A stretch of DNA of 20,081 bases from Octopus sinensis (Eukaryota), in the NCBI RefSeq assembly GCF_006345805.1, contig NW_021824126.1, positions 1-20,081 on the forward strand, in the 5' to 3' direction. The position numbers were made by a program, and so were the translations under genes. The notes under the pieces are model-generated. The model had not been told where the DNA came from. It searched no databases and saw nothing but the letters and a program-made list of their open reading frames with translations. Position 1 is the stretch's first letter, and each line of letters begins with the position of its first letter. Below, in pieces: positions 1-9,832 of this stretch.

Positions 1-160
1 AGAGAACGAGAGAGAGAGAGAGAGAGAGAACGAGAGAGAGAGCGAGAGAGAGAGAGAACGAGAGCGAGAGAGCGAGAGAGGGAGAGAACGCGAGAGAGGG
101 AGAGAACGCGAGAGAGCAAGAGAGAGAACGAGAGAGAGAGCGAGAGAGAGAGAGACAGAC
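1..160. repeat. (GA)n microsatellite with GAAC/GAGC interruptions
   Basis: Directly visible GA dinucleotide run with recurrent 'gagaacg' and 'gagcga' variants. Confidence 0.95.
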
Positions 161-269
161 AAAAAAGCGTGTGAATGAGTGAGAGATTGACTGAGAAAGA
201 GAGGAGAAGGAGAGGGAAATAGAAAGAATGCGCGCCCATGTGTAAGTATAAATCTATGTGTCGGGTACT

Positions 270-460
270 CGTCTATATGTTTGTCCCCGAACACCGCTAG
301 ACAACCGGTGTTGGTTTGTTGACATTCTCGTAATTTAGCAGTTCAACAAAAGAGACCGAATGAATAAATTGGCGGGGTCAATTTATTCGACTAAACCATT
401 TAAAGACGAAGCTAGCTCCAGCATGGCCACAGTCCAATGACTGAAACAAATAAAACAAAC
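270..460 (+). mobile_element. SINE-A, diverged 3' half
   Basis: Contains 'tgtttgtcccc...gacaaccggtgttgg...aaaagagaccga...ttcgactaaa...ctccagcatggccacagtccaatgactgaaacaa', matching the 3' half of the copy at 4731-5143. Confidence 0.85.
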
Positions 461-845
461 GCTGCCATGCGGTATTTGGGAGCCAAAGTCGATGGTGAAA
501 GACAGTGGATCGATTATCTTCGCTATACTCCTCCGCATCTTTTCTATAAATACGCACGCTAAATCTAAATACGGACATAGAACAGGATATAAGTGACAAA
601 GCTAGTTACGAATAACTAAATATTTTTTTGGCACTGTTCATTTCGACCATATGTTATATAAATAAATATCTGGCTGTGTTGTTAGCTTCTAAGATAACCG
701 ACCGAAAAGTATGTGTTTAACACCCAGTTACTGAAGTCTAATCACGTGGCTTTAAAATGACGCAGTCCATCTGGTTGAACATAAGTACCATTGGTAGGAA
801 TTCCTCGCCCATTTAACCCATTCAGACAACAGAATCACTAAGATT

Positions 846-935
846 ACTGTCGTAATGGTTAAGACCAGGAGCTTTCAAATCTGGTAATTGACATTGGCCA
901 GATGGGAAATGTAGGTTCAATTTCAAGTGGGACTA
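846..935 (+). pseudogene. Possible degenerate tRNA-derived sequence or old SINE head
   Basis: A-box-like 'gtcgtaatggttaag', stem-loop 'ccagg..ctttcaa..tctgg' and B-box-like 'ggttcaatttc'. No clean acceptor stem. Confidence 0.3.
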
Positions 936-1254
936 GCTTCATACCAGATATGAAATATTGGTCCAAATAGAATTGCCAAGACGTCTAGTCTGAGTGTGAA
1001 CTATAGGCATGATTTCAAGAGGTAATAAACTGAGGTGTGAAATTTAGTTAGAGTTCATGTGGTTATAGGCCCAGGCCAGATGAGAAGACAGGTGAGGGAA
1101 CAACAAACAGGTGTAGTTGTTTGATGCTCGGGAAGAATGGAAAAGTGTTCTCGTTCGAGTCTACACTCTTCGACAGAAAAGGGTTAAGAGAAAAATAATG
1201 GGGGACAGAACGGGGAGAGAAAAATGTGTAGGGATTAACGGTTCCTACACACAT

Positions 1255-1285
<31 letters not shown>

Positions 1286-1679
1286 TTCAGTCTCTGAAAG
1301 AATGAGTTCAAAACTTAAAAGAACTTGAGTCAAGTTGTTCGATTAACTCTGCAAAGTGATGCCCCAAAATTACAACATTCAAATGAATAAAATTAGTAAT
1401 AAAGCTATGAAATGTAACATTCCATAACCTAATTTATTCATATAAATATTGAATTTATATAATGAATACATAATGTATGCAAAAACCTAATTTATTCATT
1501 TCAAATATGATATATAATGAATATTCATTGAAACGGGGTCATCTGCCCTTTTGCAAGTATTCGGGACTATGAATTCGGGTTGAGGGTACTTTTCTCCCGT
1601 CAATTTCAGAGGTCTTGATATAGGCGCTGTTTTATATCTTGACTAAAGGATAAAAAGATGCATATATATATATATATAT

Positions 1680-2060
1680 ATTTCAGAATTAATAAAAAGA
1701 TAACAAACGGAAAATATGACATACCTGTATATCTATAAATATATGTATAATTCAAAAATCGTGTAGTAAATAAACATACGATTACATACTAAATACACAG
1801 ACGAACAGGAAACAGAACGTCACCAACTCCTCTTCTTGACCCTCTGACTGACGAAGAGTTGGTGACCGTCTGTGTTTTTTGTTCATCTGTGTATTAGACC
1901 TGACACCGTGTATTAGCCGGTGTTTTCAAAGCGATGAATAGCTTTTTGCGGAAACCATGGTTCGCTTTGTTTTCTTACTTTAGTATCATCTTATAATCAT
2001 ATCATAATAATGACTTTTATGACTTTTATTACTACCTCAGTCCATCTAAATGTATATATT
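1680..2060 (+). mobile_element. Probable Penelope-like element remnant (inverted repeat plus hammerhead relic)
   Basis: Starts after (TA)n. Imperfect inverted repeat at 1792-1895. Hammerhead-like relic 'caaagcg-atga-...-gaaa-ccatgg-tt-cgctttg' at 1927-1969. Boundaries approximate. Confidence 0.4.
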
Positions 2061-2183
2061 TGTCGTTTCCTGTCATAAAAAGCCTTTTTTTATTTGCAAT
2101 GTGCATTTTCGTTGAGTTTTCATATTTTACCCTTACATTTCCACGTGTATTTTATATTTTCTTTTTGTAACATATTTCTACTA

Positions 2184-2193
2184 TATATACACA

Positions 2194-2256
<63 letters not shown>
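2184..2256. repeat. (CA)n(TA)n compound microsatellite
   Basis: Directly visible. Confidence 0.95.
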
Positions 2257-2257
<1 letters not shown>

Positions 2258-2462
2258 GCTAGGAGGGACTCTTAAAGTCAAAACTACCAAAATAAATAAA
2301 CACATAGTATCGAATGCGAGGGAATGCAACTCTCGAAGCGAGCCTTTTAAAAACAGAATTCAGCTGCAACTCACATGATTTTATAATTAGTGCAGAAATG
2401 CACTTTTTAATCTTCAGTGCAAGCATAATTAAAGATTTATAACGAATGAACAAAAAAAAAAA

Positions 2463-2783
2463 AGACCCTATGTCTGGCATCGGGACTCTACACCATGCTA
2501 CACAAGCAGAACTCAGTCATGGCTGTCAGACAATGTCTGCAACCGCATCAGCCCTAACATCTGACCACCTAACTCCCCAGACTGCAGCTCCCTTGATTAT
2601 TATGTGTGAAGCGCAGCTGAGCGAAAGACTAACAAAACTCCTTGTAACACCAAAGATGAACTGAAGGCAAGCATTATGATAGTATTCACCAACTTAAATA
2701 AGGAGATCGTCCAGAAGAGTCACAGGAGATTCCGAAATCGTCTGGACGCCATAGTTGAAGCTAATGGCGATTTTATTGAATAA
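2463..2783 (+). pseudogene. Tc1/mariner-superfamily (maT/DD37D-like) transposase, C-terminal part, inactivated
   Basis: My translation: RPYVWHRDSTPCYTSRTQSWLSDNVCNRISPNI*PPNSPDCSSLDYYV*SAAERKTNKTPCNTKDELKASIMIVFTNLNKEIVQKSHRRFRNRLDAIVEANGDFIE*. Matches the QQD-A-H, W-P-SPD-NP-DY and terminal 'RL-A-I-A-G--IE*' motifs. Two stops fall at Trp positions. 36 residues separate the second and third catalytic Asp, which would be DD37D with one codon lost (inference). Confidence 0.88.
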
Positions 2784-2903
2784 ATTTACTCTTTAGTATT
2801 TCAAGATATTTTTTATGTAATTTTGGTAAATATATCTGTTAAAATAAGATGTCAGAGTTATTTTTTATTTTTGCGTAATTTAAACGACAATATACTCACT
2901 GCA
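2463..2903 (+). mobile_element. 5'-truncated Tc1/mariner-type DNA transposon including 3' flank and decayed TIR region
   Basis: Transposase remnant followed by about 120 bp ending '...gacaatatactcactgca' before TA-rich repeats. No matching left end identified. Confidence 0.7.
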
Positions 2904-3029
2904 ATATATAAATATGTGTGTGCGTGTGTATAGCTGTGTGTGTATATGTGCGTGTATGTGTGTGCGTGTCTGTGTAGGTAGGTATGTGTGTCTGTGTAGC
3001 TGTATGTGTGTGTGTGTATCTGTGTGTCT

Positions 3030-3226
3030 GTGTGTCTGTGTTTGGCGCCCACTATCGTTGACAACCGGTGCTGATGTGTTTACGTTCCCGTGGTTCGGCA
3101 AAAGAGAACGAAAGAGTAAGTACCAGACTTTATAAAAAAAAGTTCTTGTTTTGGTTCGCTCGATTGAAATTCTTTATAGCAGTGCCCCCTGTATGGCTGC
3201 AGTCCAATGACTGAAACAAGAAAAGG
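3030..3226 (+). mobile_element. SINE-A, diverged 3' half preceded by degenerate (TG)n
   Basis: 'ttgacaaccggtgctgatgtgtttacgttcccg...ggttcggcaaaagaga...atggctgcagtccaatgactgaaacaag'. Confidence 0.85.
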
Positions 3227-3260
3227 AAGAAAAAAATAACAAAATCAAAAAGATAATATA

Positions 3261-3426
3261 GGCGCAGGAGTGGCTGTGTGGTAAGGACTGGCTTGCTTAC
3301 CGACCACATGGTTCCGGGCTGTCCCACTTCGTGGCACCTTGTGCAAGTGTCTTCTACTATAGCCTCGGACCGACCAATGCCTTGTGAGTGGATTTGGTAG
3401 ACGGAAACTGAAAGAAGCCAGTCGTA

Positions 3427-3467
<41 letters not shown>

Positions 3468-3695
3468 TATATATATATTTGAGTAGTTGAATGAATTATC
3501 TTATTAAGGATAATTCGAATTAACCGATACCTGGGTAGCAAATTCACATAAGAAAAAACACGGTTGAAGTTACGTGCCTAGGGCATAGATTACGTGCTTT
3601 CGTAATATGCAGGAATATGCAGCCTTCGAAACATATGTCGAAAATAAAGGAATTTTGTTAATTCGCCGTTCAGCTCCATTCTTTCATATATTTGT

Positions 3696-3747
<52 letters not shown>

Positions 3748-3951
3748 CGTGTGTATGTTTGTGTGTCTGTGTTTGTCCCCCTAGCATTGTGTTTATGTCC
3801 CCGTCACTTAGTGGTTCGGCAGAAGAGACCGATAGAATAAGTACTGGGCTTACAAAGAATAAGTCCCGGTGTCGATTTGCTCGACTAAAGGCGGTGTTCC
3901 AGCATGGCCACAACCAAATGACTGAAACAAGTAAAAGAGTAAAAATGAGTA
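3261..3951 (+). mobile_element. SINE-A, full length, interrupted in its internal (TA)n by a ~215-bp insertion
   Basis: Head 'ggcgcaggagtggctgtgtggtaag' (A box), CORE-like 'gtggcaccttgtgcaagtgtctt', (TA)n, foreign segment 3478-3694, (TA)n(TG)n, 3' body and 'gtaaaagagt' tail. Confidence 0.92.
3478..3694 (+). mobile_element. Insertion in (TA)n, probable Penelope-like remnant
   Basis: Absent from other SINE-A copies and flanked by TA repeats. Partial inverted ends (cgaattaac/gttaattcg). Palindromic helix-III-like 'gaaacatatgtc' at 3628-3639, but no intact CUGANGA core. Confidence 0.5.
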
Positions 3952-4054
3952 TGTAATGATTTCGCTGGGGCACAGCGGTACTATTAATCATTTGATAGTA
4001 CTCAATATTACATATGTTTTAGAATTGAACGTTGGGCAATTACTGACCATAACG

Positions 4055-4238
4055 TTGGTTTCAAATTTTGGCACAAAGCCAGCAATATCAGGGTGGGTAT
4101 AAGTCAATTACATTGACTCCCCACCAGTGTTCGTTCAACTGGTAGTTATTTTATCGACTCCGAAAGGATGCAAGGCAAAAACGCCTTCAGTGGAATTTGA
4201 ACTCAGAACGTAAATACGGACGCTAAGCATTTTTTTTT
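4055..4238 (-). mobile_element. SINE-B, diverged subfamily with alternative tail, 5'-truncated
   Basis: Reverse complement reads 'atgcttagcg-tccgtatttacgttctgagttcaaattcc...catcctttcggagtcgataaaataactaccag...tttgtgccaaaatttgaaacc'. Confidence 0.85.
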
Positions 4239-4354
4239 ACACACAACATAATATTAATGAATGAGTGACAAGGGAACAGGAAACATGTAATCACTTCCAT
4301 TAGCATAAATGTTTAGCAAATGAATTTAATTATGAGATTCCTGTTCCATTCTCG

Positions 4355-4355
<1 letters not shown>

Positions 4356-4436
<81 letters not shown>

Positions 4437-4450
4437 CATTTATCCATCCA
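4356..4450. repeat. (TATC)n microsatellite
   Basis: Directly visible. Confidence 0.97.
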
Positions 4451-4561
4451 TCTGATGCATTTATATAAATTATAATATTATATGATATATATTTTGCTAG
4501 CACGTAATGCATTAACTATACATAATTATATGAAATATTTGATATCAATAAATTATCTAAC

Positions 4562-4616
4562 ATATATGAATAAATTATGCATTTTTCATGTAAACGTGCA
4601 TAATTTATTCATATAT
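4562..4616. repeat. Perfect 20-bp inverted repeat with 15-nt spacer
   Basis: atatatgaataaattatgca (4562-4581) is the exact reverse complement of tgcataatttattcatatat (4597-4616). Confidence 0.95.
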
Positions 4617-4730
4617 AATGCATAATCTCATGATGTGAAATATTCCATAAAATTGGTTATTAATAAAAAAAAAATCCATAATTTGAAAAAGTTACATACC
4701 TTTGTTTTCTTATAAAAAAATACCGTATTT

Positions 4731-5143
4731 GAGTGGCTGTGTGGTAAGTAGCTTACCTACCAACCACATGGTTCTGGGTTCAGTCCCACTGCGTGGCATC
4801 TTGGGCAAGTATCTTCTGCTATAGCCTCGGGCCGACTGATGTCTTGTGAGTGGATTTGGTAGACGGAAACTGAAAGAAGCCCGTCGTATATATGTATATA
4901 TATATATATATATATATAATGCGTGTGTGTGTTTGTGTGTCTGTGTTTGTCCCCCTAGCATTGCTTGACAACCGATGCTGGTGTGTTTACGTACCCGTAA
5001 CTTAGCGGTTCGTCAAAACAGACTGATAGAATAAGTACTGGGCTTACAAAGAATAAGTCCTGGGGTCGATTTTCTCGACTAAAGGCGGTGCTCCAGCATG
5101 GCCGCAATCAAATGACTGAAACAAGTAAAAGAGTAAAAGAGTA
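4731..5143 (+). mobile_element. SINE-A, nearly full length (tRNA-derived head, CORE-like block, internal microsatellite)
   Basis: A box 'tggctgtgtgg', B box 'ggttcagtccc', 'tcttgggcaagt' resembling the CORE-SINE motif, (TA)n(TG)n centre, tail repeats 'gtaaaaga'. Confidence 0.93.
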
Positions 5144-5316
5144 TAAGATATGCCTGGGTGTATTAGACGCACGTGGGTATTGGATGCACCCTGAATTCAA
5201 CAGCGCATATTCCGAAGAAAATGTTTTTAGTGCAATAATACACATGGAAGTCCCAGCTTAACATATAAGATTCGGGGCGTTGCTTTTGAAATAAACAGCA
5301 TGTGTACCATGAAATA

Positions 5317-5698
5317 TACTCTTTACTCTCTTTTACTCTTTTACTTGTTTCAGTCATTTGACTGCGGCCATGCTGGAGCACCGCCTTTAAATCGAGCAAC
5401 TCGACCCCGGGACTTATTCTTTGGTAAGCCCAGTACTTATTCTATTGGTCTCTTTTGCCGAACCGCTAAGTAACGGGGACGTAAACACACCAGTATCGGT
5501 TGTCAAGCAATGCAAGGGGGACAAACACAGACACACAAACATATACACACACACGCATATATATATATATATACATATATACGACAGGCTTCTTTCAGTT
5601 TCCGTCTACCAAATCCACTCACAAGGCTTTGGTCGGCCCGGGGCTATGGTAGAAGACACTTGCCCAAGGTGCCACGCAGTGGGACTGAACCCGGAACC
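5317..5698 (-). mobile_element. SINE-A, slightly 5'-truncated, inverted relative to 4731-5143
   Basis: Reverse complement aligns along its length with the upstream copy, from 'ggttccgggttcagtcccac' to the 'gtaaaagagta' tail. Confidence 0.93.
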
Positions 5699-5909
5699 CG
5701 GAAATATGGTAAATATTTCTATAAAAGTTTTTATTAAAACACATTTTATCTTGCGGAAGCCCAGGATTTTTTGTTACGGAATACTAAGGTTCGTCAGATC
5801 TTTGGAAAACGTTGCTTTATGCAGCCGTTCAGCATGTTAGAAATAGCAATAAAATCTCCCTCATATCATCAGATCACACTCCTTTTCTCCGTTTTAGGTA
5901 TGAAATATA

Positions 5910-6150
5910 TATTTCTTTATTGCCCACAAGGGGCTAAACATAGAGGGGACAAACAAGGACAGACAAAAGGATTAAGTCGATTACATCGACCCCAGTGCGA
6001 ATATGGTAATTTATTTATCGAATCGACCCCGAAAGGATGAATGGCAAAGTCGACCTCGGCGGAATTTGAACTCAGAACGTAACGACAGACGAAATATCGC
6101 TAAGTATTTCGCCCGGCGCGCTAACGTGTCTGCCAGCTCGCCGCCTTTTA
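5910..6150 (-). mobile_element. SINE-B, full-length monomer with 17-bp target-site duplication
   Basis: Head 'ggcggcgagctggcagacacgttagc', B box 'gagttcaaattcc', block 'ttcatcctttcggggtcgat' resembling the Nin/Deu SINE domain (from memory), tail 'gggcaataaagaaata'. Direct repeat tttaggtatgaaatata at 5893-5909 and 6151-6167. Confidence 0.93.
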
Positions 6151-6225
6151 TTTAGGTATGAAATATAAGCGAGGAAAGAGCATAGGTTATGCAGTCTGGG
6201 ATACTTCGAAAAAGAATGGATGCTG

Positions 6226-6400
6226 TGGCGGTCATGCGCAAAATTCGGTCTACGGGACTTTCTGAATGACACGACTAACGAAAAATTACAATTTTATCCT
6301 GAAACATTTTAGTGCGGCTCGCATGTGTTTCAAAGGACCTGCCCGCCCATCATGCAACCAGCCTGTGCCTCATGCGGCCCACCCGTGCCACCCACACTGT
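6226..6400. mobile_element. Possible decayed hAT-type MITE
   Basis: GC-rich segment with 'catgcggccc' and 'gtgcggctcgca' motifs reminiscent of hAT subterminal repeats. No clean TIR or TSD. Confidence 0.25.
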
Positions 6401-6569
6401 AATATTAGTAGTAGTAGTAGTATGGTCTGCCGCCTAGCTCTTGCGTGCGGCCCGCTTCTCGAGTAGAGAGGTTGCTCATATCCGTGATACAGTCACGGTT
6501 GGCAATGGTTTGGTTTTCATCGTGCATGGGTCGCTTGCTCAAATCGGAGCTAACCTGGGGCTATATAAT

Positions 6570-6575
6570 AACAGC

Positions 6576-6608
<33 letters not shown>

Positions 6609-7234
6609 AGCAGCCACAGCAGCACCACCACCACCACTATCACAACTACCGTCATCATCATCACCACCATCATCATCATCATCATCATCATCACCATCAT
6701 CCTTCATCATCATCATCATCATCATCATCACCACCATCATCCTTCATCCTCCTCCTCCTCCTCCTCATCATCATCATCACCATCATCCTTCATCATCATC
6801 ATCATCATCATCATCACCACCATCATCCTTCATCCTCATCATCATCATCATCATCACCATCATCCTTCATCATCATCATCATCATCATCATCACCACCAT
6901 CATCCTTCATCCTCATCATCATCATCATCATCACCATCATCATTCTCATCATCATCATCATCATCATCACCACCATCATCCTTCATCCTCATCATCATCA
7001 TCATCATCACCATCATCCTTCATCATCATCATCATCATCATCATCACCACCATCATCCTTCATCCTCATCATCATCATCATCATCACCATCATCCTTCAT
7101 CATCATCATCATCATCATCACCACCACCATCATCCTTCATCCTCATCATCATCATCATCATCACCATCATCCTTCATCATCATCATCATCATCATCATCA
7201 CCACCATCATCCTTCATCCTCCTCCTCCTCCTCC

Positions 7235-7267
<33 letters not shown>

Positions 7268-7362
7268 CCATCATCCTTCATCCTCATCATCATCATCATC
7301 ATCACCACCATCATCCTTCATCATCATCATCCTCCTCCTCCTCCTCCTCCTCCTCCTCCTCC

Positions 7363-7408
<46 letters not shown>

Positions 7409-7451
7409 TATCGTCATCATCCTCATCAGCTCAGCAGCAGCAGCAGCAGCA
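6570..7451. repeat. Compound trinucleotide array: (CAA)n, then ~800 bp of CAT/CAC/CCT with higher-order units, then (CAG)n
   Basis: Recurrent 'caccatcatccttcat' motif separated by (CAT)n runs. Explains the 346-aa and 337-aa ORFs. Confidence 0.95.
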
Positions 7452-7615
7452 AATATAAAAGAGGAAAAACCAAAAAAATAAACCTAAAAAAAGACCCAAA
7501 ACCAAAAACCAAACAATATTTCTGATAAAAATATGAAAAATGATAAATCCTGGCGGGTTATATAATATTTCATTTGTACTTTAGAGTCAAGGTCATTAAC
7601 ACTCATAAAATCAGT

Positions 7616-7762
7616 TGCAGTAACGGTAGCAGCAGCAGCAGAAGCAGCAGCAGGTGCAGCAGCAGCAGCAGGAACCATGGCAGCATCTGCAGCAACAACG
7701 GCTGCAGCAGCAGCAGCAGCAGAGGCGGCGCCGGCTGCAACGGCAGTAGTAGTAGTCGTCGT
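7616..7762. repeat. Degenerate (GCA)n/(GTA)n trinucleotide tract
   Basis: Directly visible. Confidence 0.85.
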
Positions 7763-7832
7763 GAAGCTACTGTTTGCGCGCATACGCTGGAATTGTTCAA
7801 TATCGAATGTAAAAATCCATGATTTTTTTTTA

Positions 7833-7907
7833 GGGGTGGGGGTGGGGCTGTCGTGGGGGTGGCGTGGGGGTGGCGTGGGGGTGGCGTGGGGGTGGCGTGG
7901 GGGTGGG
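7833..7907 (+). repeat. G-rich 11-bp minisatellite (CGTGGGGGTGG)x5, G-quadruplex-compatible
   Basis: Units start at 7852, 7863, 7874, 7885 and 7896, preceded by three more G4-G5 runs. Confidence 0.9.
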
Positions 7908-8094
7908 AGTGGAGGTGTTCCCTCCTATCTTCTTCAATAAAAAAAATCTCCCTCCCTAACCATAATTAGAAAGCGGGACCAAAATTTTGGTTTGATTACA
8001 CAGCTTCATACAGAAAGTGAAAGCTGCTGAATTTATCTGACTGCCTGCCTGCCTGTCGGCTGGCTGCTTCTCTGTATGCCTGGTTTTTTTTTCT

Positions 8095-8509
8095 GTGTAT
8101 GTATGTATGTATGTATGCATGTATGTATGCATGCATGCATGTATGTATGTATATATGTATGTATGTATGTATGTGTGTATGTATATATGTATGTATGTGT
8201 GTATGTATGTATGTATGTATGTATTTATGTATGTATGTATGTATATATGCATGTATATATGTATGCATCTCTCTCTTCTCTATTTTATCTATACATCTAT
8301 CTAAGTGTATGTATGTATGTATATACATATAAATATATATATACATACATATGCATTATATATATATACATAAATATACATATATATATATTATATGTAT
8401 ATTATACATATATATGTGTACATATATATATATATATATAAATATATATATATGCATACATATTCACATACATATGGCATATATATACACACACATACAC
8501 ATACACATG

Positions 8510-8548
<39 letters not shown>

Positions 8549-8607
8549 ACATAAGATATATATATATATGTGTATATATGTATATATGTATATATATATA
8601 TATATAT
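8095..8607. repeat. (TATG)n/(TA)n degenerate microsatellite
   Basis: Directly visible. Confidence 0.95.
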
Positions 8608-8840
8608 CTTTATGTAGGTATATAACCCGGTCTCTTTTATCCTCGCTCTCCCACCCTCTCATACCTTCCCTCTCTCACGTTATTTTTATTCCCTCTCTCC
8701 CTCTCTTCCTCTCTCCTTCCCTCCCTCCCTTCATCTATCCATTCATGCACCCGCTCCTCCTTCCTCTTCTTTCTCCCTCTAATGACACACCAAATGTCTT
8801 TAACCTTTCTTCAAGTTGGGAACCGCAACATCATATTTGG

Positions 8841-8996
8841 TGATGGTAGCAATACTGACGACAACAGTGGTGATGGTGATGGTGATGATGGTTGCGGTGG
8901 TGGTGGTACCATGAGTGGCGGTGGTGGCTCCGGTGGCGGCAGGGGTGGCTGTGGTGGAGGCGGTGGTGCCGGCAGTACCGGTGATGGGGTGATGGT
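8841..8996. repeat. Degenerate (GGT/GGC/GAT)n low-complexity tract
   Basis: Directly visible. Translates to poly-Gly with no recognisable domain. Confidence 0.8.
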
Positions 8997-9113
8997 TAAT
9001 TCTTAATTTCTTTATTTTTTTATAACAATCTTCTCTTCTCTTTAAGAGTCGCCAATAATTTCAGTGAAAATTTAATTTTCACGAATAAGGAGGACGAGAA
9101 ATACAGAAAAAAT

Positions 9114-9146
9114 CTAATCTATATTTCTTTTTCCTTGCAGGTAATT
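9114..9146 (+). other. Strong 3' splice site abutting a 5' splice-site-like sequence (candidate recursive splice site)
   Basis: Branch-point-like CTAAT at 9114-9118, pyrimidine tract 'tttctttttcctt', GCAG ending at 9140, immediately followed by GTAATT. Confidence 0.4.
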
Positions 9147-9832
9147 GTGTAATTATGCAAATTACTACCCGCCAAAAGTGCTAGTAAACTCACCTTTTTT
9201 TTTTTAGCTGTATTTGTAAAATGTATTTATTCATTGATTAAGGAAAAGCAAAGTGATTGTTTTACTAATGAGTAATTAATAAGGTTAGAAACTATCCGTA
9301 GCTCTCATCTTGCTTGCTACCAAACATCAGATTTCCCCCATTAAGTATGAACATTAATTTGTTTTATCTTATTGAGATGATGAGATTACCTGCCCTTCTT
9401 GAGAATCTCAAACAAATACCTCGATGTTTTTGATTTGATTTTCCAGCTAAAGTCTCACAATTGAGAGGTGTAGTGCGTGAAATTATGTGTGTTACATTAA
9501 AGACACAAATATGTCATTTTCGTTAACATTCTTTCAGATTTATTTATTAATCCTTTACTGTTATTTTTGAACAACAATGCTGCCAAAACCATCAATGTTT
9601 CGAGGTATTCTCGGTCTCATCTTCAAGATGAAGTGGCTGTTAACGACGCTTTGCCTTGTCACACTTTTATAATGGGCAACAAGAATCATAGAAATGGGCA
9701 CTGATCATTACATAGAGTTTAGTCTAGTCTATCTTGTTTTATTTTTGTTCTCCTTTTATTTATTCTCTTTATCTTTATTTCCCATCTTATATAATATATA
9801 TATCTATATATAATATATATATATATATATAT

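Noticed and set aside
5421-5840. Recurrent peptides such as RRASFSFRLPNPLTR and EDTCPRCHA as a multigene family
   Set aside because: These are antisense translations of SINE-A copies, with stops and frameshifts that differ between copies.
6441-7481. 346-aa and 337-aa His/Ser/Ile-rich ORFs as a metal-binding or structural protein
   Set aside because: Open in two overlapping frames simply because CAT/CAC/CCT repeats lack stops on this strand. No splice or domain evidence.
7574-7940. Poly-Ala ORFs as a transcription-factor exon
   Set aside because: Only a degenerate GCA repeat with no domain, open on both strands, running into a G-rich minisatellite.
8782-9006. 74-aa Gly-rich ORF
   Set aside because: Low-complexity GGT/GGC repeat with no supporting gene structure.
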